From Calditrichota bacterium (GTDB lineage Bacteria; Calditrichota; Calditrichia; Calditrichales; J004): a DNA stretch of 64,000 bases. Each line of letters opens with the position of its first letter. Within the stretch, counting starts at the first letter, position 1. Positions 27,672 through 38,402 of the stretch are shown piece after piece. The position numbers and the translations under genes are program-made. The notes beneath the pieces were generated by a model that saw only the letters and a list, made by a program, of their open reading frames with translations, was not told where the DNA came from and searched no databases. The stretch lies in NCBI GenBank assembly GCA_963723365.1, contig CAVRRG010000079.1:1382-65381 (forward strand), read 5' to 3'.

Positions 27672-28654
27672 TCAATATCTTTTTCCAAATGGGCCCTGTC
27701 GCTGGCCAATGGACTATCTTTTTTCCTGGTCATTTTATCCTGCAGTTTATTATTAAACTCCAGTGCCGCATTGTAACCATAGGATTTTAAAAGCTGGTGC
27801 ATAGCGATGCTTTCTGCGATCACCGTAATATTCTTACCAGGATTAATGGGTAAAACAATTTGCGGTAGTTTAACATTCATAATCTGCGTCTCTATTTCTT
27901 CAATTCCAACTCTTTCATATTCTTTATCTTCATCCCAATCTTCGAGCCGCACTTCAACCTCAACTCTTTTTTGCATACGTACACCGCGGATACCAAACAT
28001 TTTTTTTATGTCAATAAGACCAACGCCCCTAATTTCCATCATATGCTCGGAACTTTCAACGCCCTTTCCTATTAACACATCTTCTCCCTTACGGATAATT
28101 ATGACCAGGTCGTCTGCTACAATCCTGTGCCCTCTTTCTACTAAATCCAGCGCTATTTCACTTTTACCTATACCACTGCGCCCGGTGAATAAAATCCCCA
28201 CACCATAAACATCAACAAGCGAACCATGCAGCGAAACACTGGGAGCAAACATAGTCTGCAGGTAATCTGCCAGCAAGTGGCTGAACTCTGTTGTTTGTAT
28301 GGGAGTCGTTATAACAGGAACATATCTGCGTGTTGCCACCTGTACCATGTATTTGGGGGCTTTATTTCCTGAAGTCACAATAACAGCAGGTAAATCGAAT
28401 TCAAAAACTTTATCTATTGATTTTTGCAGCTGTTCATCACTTAGCTGCGACAGGTAGGACATTTCTGTATTTCCCAGGACCTGTATCCTGTGATAGGTAT
28501 ATGTATCCGTGTATCCGGACAGAGCCAGTCCCGGTCTGTGGATTTCACTTGAAGAAATTTTCTTGTTCAGGCCGTTAACGGCGCAAACAAGCTTTAATTT
28601 CAGATCTTCTTTATTATCTTCTAATAAATCACGTACTGTTATAAAATCATTCAT
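27668..28654 (-). CDS. hprK: HPr kinase/phosphorylase
   Basis: GVGILFTGRSGIGKSEIALDLVERGHRIVADD...MEIRGVGLIDIKKMFG. Confidence 0.9.
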   Translation of the reverse strand: MNDFITVRDLLEDNKEDLKLKLVCAVNGLNKKISSSEIHRPGLALSGYTDTYTYHRIQVLGNTEMSYLSQLSDEQLQKSIDKVFEFDLPAVIVTSGNKAPKYMVQVATRRYVPVITTPIQTTEFSHLLADYLQTMFAPSVSLHGSLVDVYGVGILFTGRSGIGKSEIALDLVERGHRIVADDLVIIIRKGEDVLIGKGVESSEHMMEIRGVGLIDIKKMFGIRGVRMQKRVEVEVRLEDWDEDKEYERVGIEEIETQIMNVKLPQIVLPINPGKNITVIAESIAMHQLLKSYGYNAALEFNNKLQDKMTRKKDSPLASDRAHLEKDIE

Positions 28655-28687
28655 CGCGCGTTAATATAGCAAAGATTTTGTGTTTGC

Positions 28688-28713
28688 AAAAAAAAAGGCA
28701 TCACGAAGATGCC
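28688..28713 (-). terminator. Rho-independent terminator after hpf (stem GGCATC/GATGCC plus a T9 run on the minus strand)
   Basis: Read directly. It starts 7 nt after the hpf stop codon. Confidence 0.6.
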
Positions 28714-28719
28714 CTTTAT

Positions 28720-29040
28720 TTATTCTTCCAGAATTTCAACGATCTTTATATTGCTCCGATCTTTCATTTTGTCTTTAGCCTTAGCAACCTGCCTTTCCAG
28801 TTTATCAATCGCTAAATCTACTGATTTAAAAACATCTTCCGACTTTTCTGAAATATGGATCATCTTGTGTCTTAGCTTGATCTTAAAATCTACTACCTGA
28901 TCCATTTTTTCATAAGAAATAATTGCCTCGCCATTCATAATAATGTCCGAAAAGCGGCTTAAACGATTTACTTTATCGTTTACATAATTTTTTAAACTTT
29001 CCGGCGCTTTATAACCTCTGGTAGTTATGGCGATGTTCAT
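28720..29040 (-). CDS. hpf: Ribosome hibernation promoting factor / RaiA (short form)
   Basis: MNIAITTRGYKAPESLKNYVNDKVNRLSRF... is the typical sigma-54 modulation protein/HPF fold sequence. Confidence 0.9.
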   Translation of the reverse strand: MNIAITTRGYKAPESLKNYVNDKVNRLSRFSDIIMNGEAIISYEKMDQVVDFKIKLRHKMIHISEKSEDVFKSVDLAIDKLERQVAKAKDKMKDRSNIKIVEILEE

Positions 29041-29069
29041 AAATTTACTCCTTTAGTTAAGTTAATTAT

Positions 29070-29966
29070 TTATTTCTTCGCCCCTGGATGGGCATTTTTA
29101 TAGACACTTTTTAAATGCTCAATTGAAAGATGCGTATAAACCTGCGTTGTGGATAAATTTTCGTGACCTAACAAATCTTTTACAACTCTTATATTAGCGC
29201 CATTATCAAGCAGATGGGTAGCATAACTGTGGCGCAGCATGTGCGGACTGGCTGAACTTAAACTGACAACCTGGTTTATATATTTTTTTATAAGACGCTG
29301 CACCGCCATGGGATACATCTTTTTTCCTGATTTTAATACAAATAATTCCTGCAGGCCATGTTCAGCAACTTTGGCGCGTTCATCAAGATAATATAACAGG
29401 GCTTTCTTTGAATAATTTCCCACAGGCAGGATGCGCTCTTTTTTACCCTTTCCTTTAACTTTTATAGCGTCTTCGCGCAGCATAAGGTTTTCCAGTTTCA
29501 GGTTTAATAGTTCACTTAAGCGGATCCCGCAGCCATAAAAAAGTTCTAAAATAGCCCTGTCCCTGATGCCTTGAAAATGGTTTAGCTGCGGCAAATGAAT
29601 AATTTTATCAATTTCATTTTTTGTAAGATATTCGGGCAGTTTGTTTTCAAATTTGGGCATCTTAACAGACGAGGCAATACTTTTATCAACGATCTCCTGT
29701 TTTTCCAGAAACCTGAAAAATGATTTTAATGTCGCTACTTTACGGGCTATTGATCTTCTGTTTAGATTGCGTCCTTGCAATTCCATTAAAAAATGGCGTA
29801 CATATTTTTTGTCAATTTTTTTCCAGTGAATATCGTAACCGTCAGAGAGTTCATCGATATAATTTGCAAATTGGGTTAAATCCGTGGAGTAGCTTTCGAC
29901 CGTTTTGGGTGAGTAGCGCTTTTCAAGAGCAATGTACCGCAGAAATTTGGAAATGGTTATGTCCAT
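29070..29966 (-). CDS. xerC: Tyrosine recombinase XerC/XerD family
   Basis: N-terminal SAM-like domain. Catalytic RHSYATHLL...GHENLSTTQVYTHLS (R..H..Y) motifs. Confidence 0.85.
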   Translation of the reverse strand: MDITISKFLRYIALEKRYSPKTVESYSTDLTQFANYIDELSDGYDIHWKKIDKKYVRHFLMELQGRNLNRRSIARKVATLKSFFRFLEKQEIVDKSIASSVKMPKFENKLPEYLTKNEIDKIIHLPQLNHFQGIRDRAILELFYGCGIRLSELLNLKLENLMLREDAIKVKGKGKKERILPVGNYSKKALLYYLDERAKVAEHGLQELFVLKSGKKMYPMAVQRLIKKYINQVVSLSSASPHMLRHSYATHLLDNGANIRVVKDLLGHENLSTTQVYTHLSIEHLKSVYKNAHPGAKK

Positions 29967-30228
29967 TAAAAATTGTTTTAATAAGAACTGTTTTATTATA
30001 TATACATTCGAACTTTATTGTTCCAAATGCAACATTATTTTAAAAATAAATAAAAATTAACCAGCTATTTTATAAAACTTCTTTTTTGAGATAATTATTC
30101 ATTTCTCTTATAATTATTTTTAAAAAATGTGTAGCTTAAAAAAACATATTTGATAATACCCTTTATTAATCATATAATTCAGGCTTTTAAAGCACAGGCA
30201 TAATTTTCAGACCGGAGAAGTATAAATC

Positions 30229-32517
30229 ATGAGTAAGCATCTCATAATAGTAGAATCACCAGCCAAAGCCAAAACCATAAACAAATATCTTGGAGAAGAC
30301 TTTAATGTTATTGCTTCATATGGCCATGTGCGCGATTTGATACCTAAAGAAGGGGCCGTTAATACAGATACATTTGAGATGAAGTATGAAAATGTTAAAA
30401 AAAATAAAAAATATATCGATCAGATTTTAAAAGCCGTTAAGAAAACAGATTCCATATATCTCGCTACTGACCCGGACCGCGAAGGTGAAGCCATTTCCTG
30501 GCATGTATATAATTTGATAAATGATAAAAAACTGCTTAAAGATAAACCAGTGCACCGTGTTGTTTTTTATGAAATAACAAAATCAGCAGTTACGGAAGCG
30601 GTCAATAACCCGCGAGAACTTTCCGAGGATTTAATAAATGCCCAGCAGGCACGACGCGCCCTGGATTATCTTGTCGGATTTAATTTATCCCCGTTATTGT
30701 GGCGCAAGATAAGAAGAGGCCTCTCCGCAGGCCGTGTGCAAAGCCCTGCTTTAAGACTCATTGTTGAAAGAGAGAAAGAGATTGAAGCTTTTAAACCTGT
30801 TGAATACTGGTCAGTGACAGCCGACTGTAAAAAAACAGATCAGACCTTTACAGCTAATCTTACCCGTTATAATGATGAAAAAGTCGGTCAGTTTTATGTT
30901 AAGACCGAAGAACAGTCAACCACTATCCGCCAGGATTTGTTGCAGAGCTCAAACGGGTATTAAAAGTTGCTAAAATTGAAAAGAAACAAAGAAGCAGAAG
31001 ACCGGCTCCCCCTTTTATTACATCAACTCTGCAGCAGGATGCTTCACGAAAATTTGGATTTTCAGCTCAGCGCACCATGCGCATTGCGCAACAGTTATAT
31101 GAAGGTATCGACATTGGCAGCGGTGAGGTGGGATTAATAACCTATATGCGTACGGATTCTGTTAGCTTATCACAACAGGCTATCGCTGAAATACGAAAAT
31201 ATATATCTGAAAAATTTGGAGCGGATAAACACCCCGAAAAACCCAATTTTTATAAAACAAAATCTAAAAATGCCCAGGAAGCACACGAAGCAATACGTCC
31301 CACATCTGCTTTTATAAATCCTGAATCGATAAAAAGCCACTTAACAGCAGACCAGTTAAAACTATATGGCCTTATCTGGAAACGGGCCGTTGCCAGCCAA
31401 ATGATACACGCGACTATTAATACTGTAGGTGTAGATTTTTCTTGCGGCGCACACAGTACCTTTAGAGCAACCGGTTCTACCATAGAAAAACCAGGCTATC
31501 TGCAGGTTTATAAAATAGCCGTGGACGATCCCGAAGAAAATAATGATGAAAAAATATTGCCTGTTTTTAAAGAAGGTGAATCAGTCTCTTTAAATGATAT
31601 TTTAAGCGAACAGCATTTTACAAAACCTCCTGGACGTTTCTCCGAAGCGACACTAATTAAATCGCTGGAAGAGTTTGGGATCGGCCGCCCTTCCACCTAC
31701 GCCTCTATAATTTCAACACTTACCTCCCGTGAGTATGTGGAGTTAGAAGCCCGGCGCTTTAAACCCACCGATATTGGTCGTGTTGTAAACAATTTTTTAA
31801 CCGAGCATTTTAAACAATATGTAGATTATGAATTTACCGCCAAACTCGAGGATCAGTTAGATGCTATTTCGCGCGGTGAAAGTAAATGGGTTCCTATAAT
31901 GAAAGAATTTTGGGATAACTTTCATGCACGCGTTGAAGAGAAACTAAAAATCCCCAGAAATGAAGTTGTCAAAGACCGCGTACTGGGAAATGATCCCCAA
32001 ACGGGTAAACCCTTATCCGTTCGAATGGGCCGCTATGGAGCAATGGCTCAAATTGGTTCTTCGGAAGAAGAAGAAAAGCCGGTCTATGCCAGCCTGCAAA
32101 AAGATCAAAGCATCGAAACAATTACATTTGAAGAAGCACTTAAATTATTTGATCTACCCCGCGAATTGGGAGAGAGTCAAAGAGGGCGAACCTATTTTTG
32201 CAAGTATTGGCCGTTATGGCCCCTATATTCGAATTGGCAAAAAGTTTATATCGATAAAACCGGAGGATCCTCATACTATCTCCCTGGAAAAAGCTTTGGA
32301 GTTTATTGAGAATGAATCAGAAAGAAAAAACAATAGCACCATAAATGAGTTTAAAGATGGGGAAATCCAGGTGCTGAGAGGCCGTTATGGTCCTTACATA
32401 AAAAGCGGCAAAATAAATGCGCGTATTCCCAAAAATAAAGATCCCGAAAAATTAACATTAGAAGAGTGTGAGGAATTAATAAAAATAAGCGCCGAAAGAA
32501 AAGGAAGAAAAAAATAA
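30229..32517 (+). CDS. topA: DNA topoisomerase I, split over three ORFs by two frameshifts (near 30955-30965 and 32165-32180)
   Basis: TOPRIM start MSKHLIIVESPAKAKTINKYLG. PAPPFITSTLQQDASRKFGF and ...MRIAQQLYEG... are read in the shifted frame. C-terminal GRYGPYI repeats follow. The first shift is consistent with one missing G in AACGGGTAT. Confidence 0.9.
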
Positions 32518-32530
32518 ATCCGAAAAGTAC

Positions 32531-32992
32531 TTAATGAATAGTATTCGCGCCGTTATTGAAGAAGAATCCATTTTGGCCAAGATATGATTCCTGGCTAAAA
32601 ATCAAAGATGCAGCCATCGTTTTTACATCTTCCAGTGAAATATGTGTATTTCCTAAAGAAAGAACCCTTTCGATAACATCTTCCATTTCATATTCTTTAA
32701 TCACACCCAAATGCCATAGTTGAAGAAGATAGCCATAAGCTTCAGGCGCTATTACAAGCTTTTCTAAATCGTGTAAAACACGCACAGAATCTGCTTCATA
32801 GGAAAATTCGGCTGCAGGTGCGGTCTTAACCTGCATGTGATTAAATATCCAGGAAAAAGCCAGGTTGATTTCATTTTCTGTATAGCCCCTGGACAGTAAC
32901 TCTTTTGATAAATCAGTATAGTCTTCAGAATTAGGGGTCTGTTGAAATTCACCTAACAGGTAAACAATTATTTCGATTATTCGTTCTTGCAT
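32531..32992 (-). CDS. smg: Smg protein (DUF494 family)
   Basis: ERIIEIIVYLLGEF..........L...LL..GYTENEINLAFSWI resembles the DUF494/Smg N-terminus. It lies adjacent to topA. Confidence 0.7.
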   Translation of the reverse strand: MQERIIEIIVYLLGEFQQTPNSEDYTDLSKELLSRGYTENEINLAFSWIFNHMQVKTAPAAEFSYEADSVRVLHDLEKLVIAPEAYGYLLQLWHLGVIKEYEMEDVIERVLSLGNTHISLEDVKTMAASLIFSQESYLGQNGFFFNNGANTIH

Positions 32993-33080
32993 TAATTTTT
33001 CCGGAATAAAAAATCAGGTTGTGTTGGCTGACTTTAATTTAAATATCTTCAAAAAGGTTTTTGTGTTTAAAATCATTATT

Positions 33081-34774
33081 TTTTGAAAATTTAATTATTG
33101 AAACGTACATCTTCAACCGTAAGCTGCAGGCGTGGTGTTCCTCTAAAAACATTCATATTCATTTTAAAAGCAACATCATAATATGTATCTAGTTTTGATA
33201 ATATCTTTATACTCACCGCCGTTCCACCATAAACATTCAAAAATTTTATTTCCTTTTTGAATATAAAACTTCAAATGTCTTCCATAACTCATTTCGCGGA
33301 TTTCTTTTACCAGGCTTCTTTCCAATACCAATACAGGTTCAGGATTGGTTTCTCCAAAGGGACCGATTTCCTGAATATTGGCTGCTACATTTTCATTAAC
33401 CTGGTCGATATCAATTATCGAGTCTACTTCCATGCGCGGTGTTAAATCTGTGTCCGCCAATTGTTCATTTACATATTGCGTGAATTCCTGTTTAAAGACA
33501 CTAAAATTGGCAGGTATCACCGTAAGGCCCGCCGCTTTATGATGCCCGCCATAGGTCAGAAAATAATGATTAAATTTTGTTAATGCTTCTGTAACATGAA
33601 AGGCTTCTATACTGCGCGCAGAACCAACAAAATTTCCGTCACTATCCCTCGTAAAGGCCAGTGCCGGTCTGCTGTATTGCTCTTTCAATTTTCCCGATAC
33701 AAGTCCGATTAAGCCCGCCTGCCACTGTTCATTTTCAACAATAATTACTTTGTTGCCGTTTGCCCCGCTTTCACCTAATGACTCAAGCGCGTTTTCCAAA
33801 TAGCTTTGCTGCAGCAATTGTCTTTCGCGGTTTAAGCCATCCAACTCCAGTGCCAGCTGTTTGGCATGGCTGGCGCTCTCTTCTACGAGTAAATCAACAG
33901 CCAGAGCGGCATTATCCATTCTTCCTGCGGCGTTTAATCTGGGTGCCAGGAAAAACCCAACCGTGACAGGAGTAATAATATTTGTTTTAACACCACTGAT
34001 TTTTTTTAATTCGATTAATCCCGGTTTTTTTGTGCTTGCTAAAACTTTTAAACCAAATTTTACCAGGGCATAATTTTCATCGCGCAGAGGCATAACATCG
34101 GCAATAGTGCCCATTGCCACGAGATCCAGTTGTGAAAGCAAAAATAGTTTGTACTGCTCTTCCGTCATAAATTTCTGACTAAGGACAAATACCACCTTAA
34201 AGGCAACCGTTACACCACAAATGGCTTTAAAAGGATATTCAGAATCAACTCTGTTAGGATTTATGACAGCATGGGCCCGCGGCAGATCACCCTCTTGTAA
34301 ATGGTGGTCCGTAACTACAACATCTATTCCAAGAGAGGTTGCATAATCAATTGCATCATTAGCGCTGATACCATTGTCTACGGTAATAATCAGCCTGGCA
34401 GCCATCGCATTGGCTTTATCAACTCCAGCTTCCCGCAGTCCATAACCATCCCGTTCGCGGTGCGGAACTATGTATTGTACAGGATAATTTATTGCTCTAA
34501 AGAAATAAAGCATTATAGCTACAGACGTTACACCATCAACATCATAATCACCAAAGATTACTATTTTTTCATCATTCTCTATGGCTTTTAAAATACGCTG
34601 CACTCCTTTTTCCATGTCAGGAAGAAGATGCGGCGCGTGCATCCTGTCTGTGAGTTTAAAGGGCTCCAGGTGGTTTACAGGAAGGTCTCGATTCTCTAAA
34701 ACGACTTCTACTATTGATTTTGATGTGTCTGAATTATTGATCTTCCATAATTTTTGCGGTAGCGAAAGCTCCAT
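33081..34774 (-). CDS. recJ: Single-stranded-DNA-specific exonuclease RecJ, with one frameshift near 33185-33200
   Basis: DHH motifs (IFGDYDVDGVTS, DRERDGYGL, VVTDHH, GGHHKAAG). The C-terminal tail continues in another frame as DTYYDVAFKMNMNVFRGTPRLQLTVEDVRFNN*. Confidence 0.9.
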
Positions 34775-34909
34775 ATAGTAGTTTGTTTTCCATTTTTATT
34801 CTTTTATTTTTTAATTTTAAAAAAAGTGAAAATTTGTTTACCCGGTTACAATCCAATCACTTCTATGCCATATTGCAATAAATTAATTATTATTAGGCCA
34901 TAGTTAAAC

Positions 34910-37878
34910 TTACATATTTTCTTTCATATAATTCAAAATTTCTCTTAGAAATGGTGAAGATTTTTGAATATGACCAAAACGGTTTTTGACGGCTATTAAT
35001 ATTACATCTTCTTTGGCCCTGGTGAGTCCAACATAGAGCAAACGCTTTTGCTCATCTATTTTTTTTGAAACGGATCTATCATCAAAATCATCGTCTCTGT
35101 AAGCATGATAACTGGGCATACTTTCATCTTCCATGCCCATAATAATAACTTTTTTAAACTCCAATCCTTTGGCCGCATGAAAAGTGAGCAGGGAAACAGC
35201 TGCAACCGAAGACAGGTTATCTTGCGGATTTATTAACATAATAACGGATAAAAATTCTGATATGGCTTTATCAATAACCAGCGCTTTAAAATCTGAAGCA
35301 ATTGTAAATAACTTATTTTTAAATTCATCCTTACTGTCATATAGCAATATACCCGGATATAATTCAAAAGCTTTTTTTGCTATTTTTTCTCTTAGCTCAT
35401 CTAGTGTAAAAACAAATTTCTCGCAATAAGCCTCCAGCAGATTTGAAAAGGGTGAAAGCAGCTTTTGGACGCCGGCTAAAAAGAATACTTTATCTTCATA
35501 CGCGCTTAATTTATCATCGATAAAATTAGCCAACGCGCAGTACTCAAATAAAAAGGTCCCCGCGGTTTTTCTTTTATCTTCCTTTTGTTTTGTCAATAAC
35601 CTCTGAAATATTAAATGAAGCACCTTTACATCATCCAGAGCCCGGTGCCTGGTTCCCGCATCAAAATTAAACTTAGTGGCCAGGGCATCAATAGAATTGC
35701 GATCATCCGGAAACATCTGTCGAGCAAAAACGAGAGAATCATAGCGTACATTTTGCAGCTTACGGTTATCGATTTTCAATGCAAAGCGGTCTATTATCCT
35801 GAAATCAAAAGCATAGCCATTATGTGCGATGAGGATATCTTCCCCCAGAAAAGCCATAAACTCCGGCCACACTTTTTCCAAACGTGGCGCGCTTAAAATT
35901 TCTTCATTGGATATGTTGTGCACCTCTTGAGCCTCTTTCTCAACCATCATTTCAGGATTTACAAGTGTCTGATAACTATCGATTATTTCTCTGTCCCTGA
36001 TTCTGACCGCTGCTATTTCAACAATTCCACATTCATCGCTATTGCGTCCTGTCGTTTCAAGATCAAAAACCACATAATCCTTAAATGGATCTTCTTCTCC
36101 CACAATCCAATTTTGACAAAAACGCACAAGAGAGGAAAAACCCGAATCCCGTTTTTCGATAGCCGTATTAAAAAGGTCAAGTGTTTCTGTGTTGAGGGGA
36201 AACTTGCACTCTTCCAACAAAATCACTTTGTCTTTTTTGCCTATTTCCTCTTTGTTTTCTTTTCTTAATTCGAAAACTTCCTCTTTGAAATGGGTCAGCA
36301 TTGTTTGAGCAATATATTTTACATGAACATTTTCGTGGTAAATCCATATTTTGTTTTTCTCATTGAAGTAATTTTTTTGAGGGTGCGTAAAAAAATCTGA
36401 AAACCTGGCAGCTTTTTCCTCAATATAAGATTTGTCCAGATTTTGCAGTCCATCCAATATCAAACGCAAAAGCTGATCAAAGTTGTAGAACGTTTTTAAG
36501 TTTATAAGATTGGCTAAATTGCCTATAAATGTTTCCAGCTGTCGTCTTAATTCCTCATTTATTTCCGGCCTTTTGCTCAACTCATATAATGCTTTTCGAT
36601 AACCGCATTTTAAAGTGTTTTGCAGATTTTGAATTTGTTTGTTGCTGTTATAGCCCAGCTCAAGTTCAACAAGTTCCTGTAAGATGAGCGTATCAAGTGG
36701 ATCCCTGATAATCTGCAGGTAAAGCAATACCTTTTTCATTTGCGGATCATCTGAAAAATTCCTGCCCGCCGACTGCTGAAAAGGAATCCTCTCCGCCAGC
36801 AATTGCAGAGACAGCTTTTCCGCAAATACATGACGGGGATAAAGAACCGCTATTTCGTTTAGCGGGATTTTCTCACTTTCCCTCCAGTTCATAATTTTTT
36901 GCAAAATGAAATTAATTTCCTCTTCTTCGGTGTCAAAAAATTGATACTGCACAGAATCCTTAACAGGTTCTACCGCTTTCAGGATTTTATCCGCTTCAAT
37001 TCGTTCTGTCTGCATAACAACCGAAGTGGCTGTATCAATAATTTTTTGTCCGGAACGGTAATTTATATCCAGAAATATTGGTTCGGAGATATTATAATCT
37101 TCTATAAACGTATTTATATTTTCAGGATTTGCGCCACGCCAGGCATAGATAGACTGATCATCATCGGCCACAACAAAAATATTTTTATGCTTATGGGCCA
37201 GCATTTTAATTATATCATACTGTACCAGGTCTGTATCCTGAAATTCATCGACATGAATAGCTTTATATAAGAAGGCGTATTGATCACAAATATCACTATT
37301 GTCGCTAAGCAGAGACCGCGTAAGAACCAGAATCTGATTAAAGTCTATTAATTTATGTTTTTGCAGATGTGCATTATACTTTTCATAAATCAGAGCTGTA
37401 AAGGGCGGCATCGGTTTTTGATGCATTATAAAATGGCTGATAGCCGTTTCAATGCCTTTTACGACATTGCCAATTCCGGATCTCACTTTTTCTGAAACCA
37501 GTGAGGTCAGCAGGGCAGATTGATAGTTTGCATCACATATAGAAAAATATTCATGCAAGCCCGGCCTTTTTATAATACTTTCTAAGTATTTCCAGGCAAA
37601 AGCTGTGAATAGTAGCACGCCTTTATTGTGCTCAGCTTAGAATTGAAAAGCTCCTCAAGGCGCTTATTAATCTCCCTTGAGGCTTTATTACTAAAAGTGA
37701 GCGCAAGAATATGTTCTTCCGCAATTTTAAAGTGTTGTATTTGATATGCTATGCGGGCAATTAAAGTGCGTGTTTTTCCTGTTCCAGGTCCGGCCAGCAT
37801 TAGAACCGGGACCCGGGGTTTTGTAACCGCCAGAACCTGTTTTTTATTTAAAGTGCTTAAAAGTTTATTAATCTGCAT
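34910..37878 (-). CDS. UvrD/PcrA-family SF1 helicase with a DEDDh (DnaQ-like) 3'-5' exonuclease domain inserted between helicase motifs IV and V. One frameshift near 37610-37630
   Basis: Motif I MLAGPGTGKT, LTFSNKASREI, motif II HVDEFQDT, motif III VVADDDQSIYAWRGA, YRSG. Exonuclease block at 35594-36076 (VVFDLETTG...IAHNGYAFDF...RHRALDDV). Motifs V/VI FHAAKGLEF...LLYVGLTRAK. Confidence 0.85.
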
Positions 37879-37940
37879 TTAACAAAGCTCCAAAGCATGT
37901 ATGCAGCATTAATTGATATGAATAAATAGTGAAAATAAAA

Positions 37941-38402
37941 TTAGTTTAATGAAATGTTTTTATCAGCTAGTATGGCACCCAGTTGGGTAAATTGAATATC
38001 AAATTTATCAGAGTCGCGCATTTTTTTAAAGCGTTGACGACTCTCCCTTTTTTTATCCGAATGGTACACCTCTGCAAAGTCGATAATTAGCTTGTATTTT
38101 TGCAATTCAGCAAGAGGAATGGGGTCACCGAGAATAATGGCATCTGTATCGGGATAATATTCAGAATCACTGAAGATTAAAACCGATTCGGAAATTTCAG
38201 GAGTTCCTGAGGAAATAATTTGATGAGGTATAAAACTCTCCTGCTTCCATGTCCAAAGCTGATTGTCAATTTGAGAAGAACTGCTTTTTGTAAAAATACT
38301 AAGGGCTATGTCATTGTGAAAGAGTTTTTCCGCTATTTCGCAGATATATTTATTTTTGGCTGAAATTTTGAGTTCTACAAAAAAGACGATGGGTTTTTTC
38401 AT
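37941..38402 (-). CDS. holC: DNA polymerase III chi subunit-like protein
   Basis: The pattern ...YICEIAEKLF....I.....S.SSQIDNQLWTWKQESFIPHQI parallels E. coli HolC ...VCEIAAERW...LDEALWARPAESFVPHNL. The size (153 aa) also fits. Confidence 0.65.
   Translation of the reverse strand: MKKPIVFFVELKISAKNKYICEIAEKLFHNDIALSIFTKSSSSQIDNQLWTWKQESFIPHQIISSGTPEISESVLIFSDSEYYPDTDAIILGDPIPLAELQKYKLIIDFAEVYHSDKKRESRQRFKKMRDSDKFDIQFTQLGAILADKNISLN

Noticed and set aside
29070-29966. XerC/XerD-type recombinase as the integrase of the tRNA-Phe islet
   Set aside because: It lies on the 5' side of the tRNA, outside the repeat-bounded segment, and 2.3 kb away beyond hprK/hpf. Its motifs and its adjacency to hpf look like the housekeeping Xer recombinase.
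30229-32517. Programmed frameshifting, or genuinely overlapping genes, in topA (ORFs 31077-32309 and 31960-32517 overlap by 350 nt)
   Set aside because: Both shifts occur at short simple repeats with no slippery-heptamer or stimulatory-structure pattern. Similar breaks also affect unrelated neighbouring genes. Indel error is the simpler explanation.
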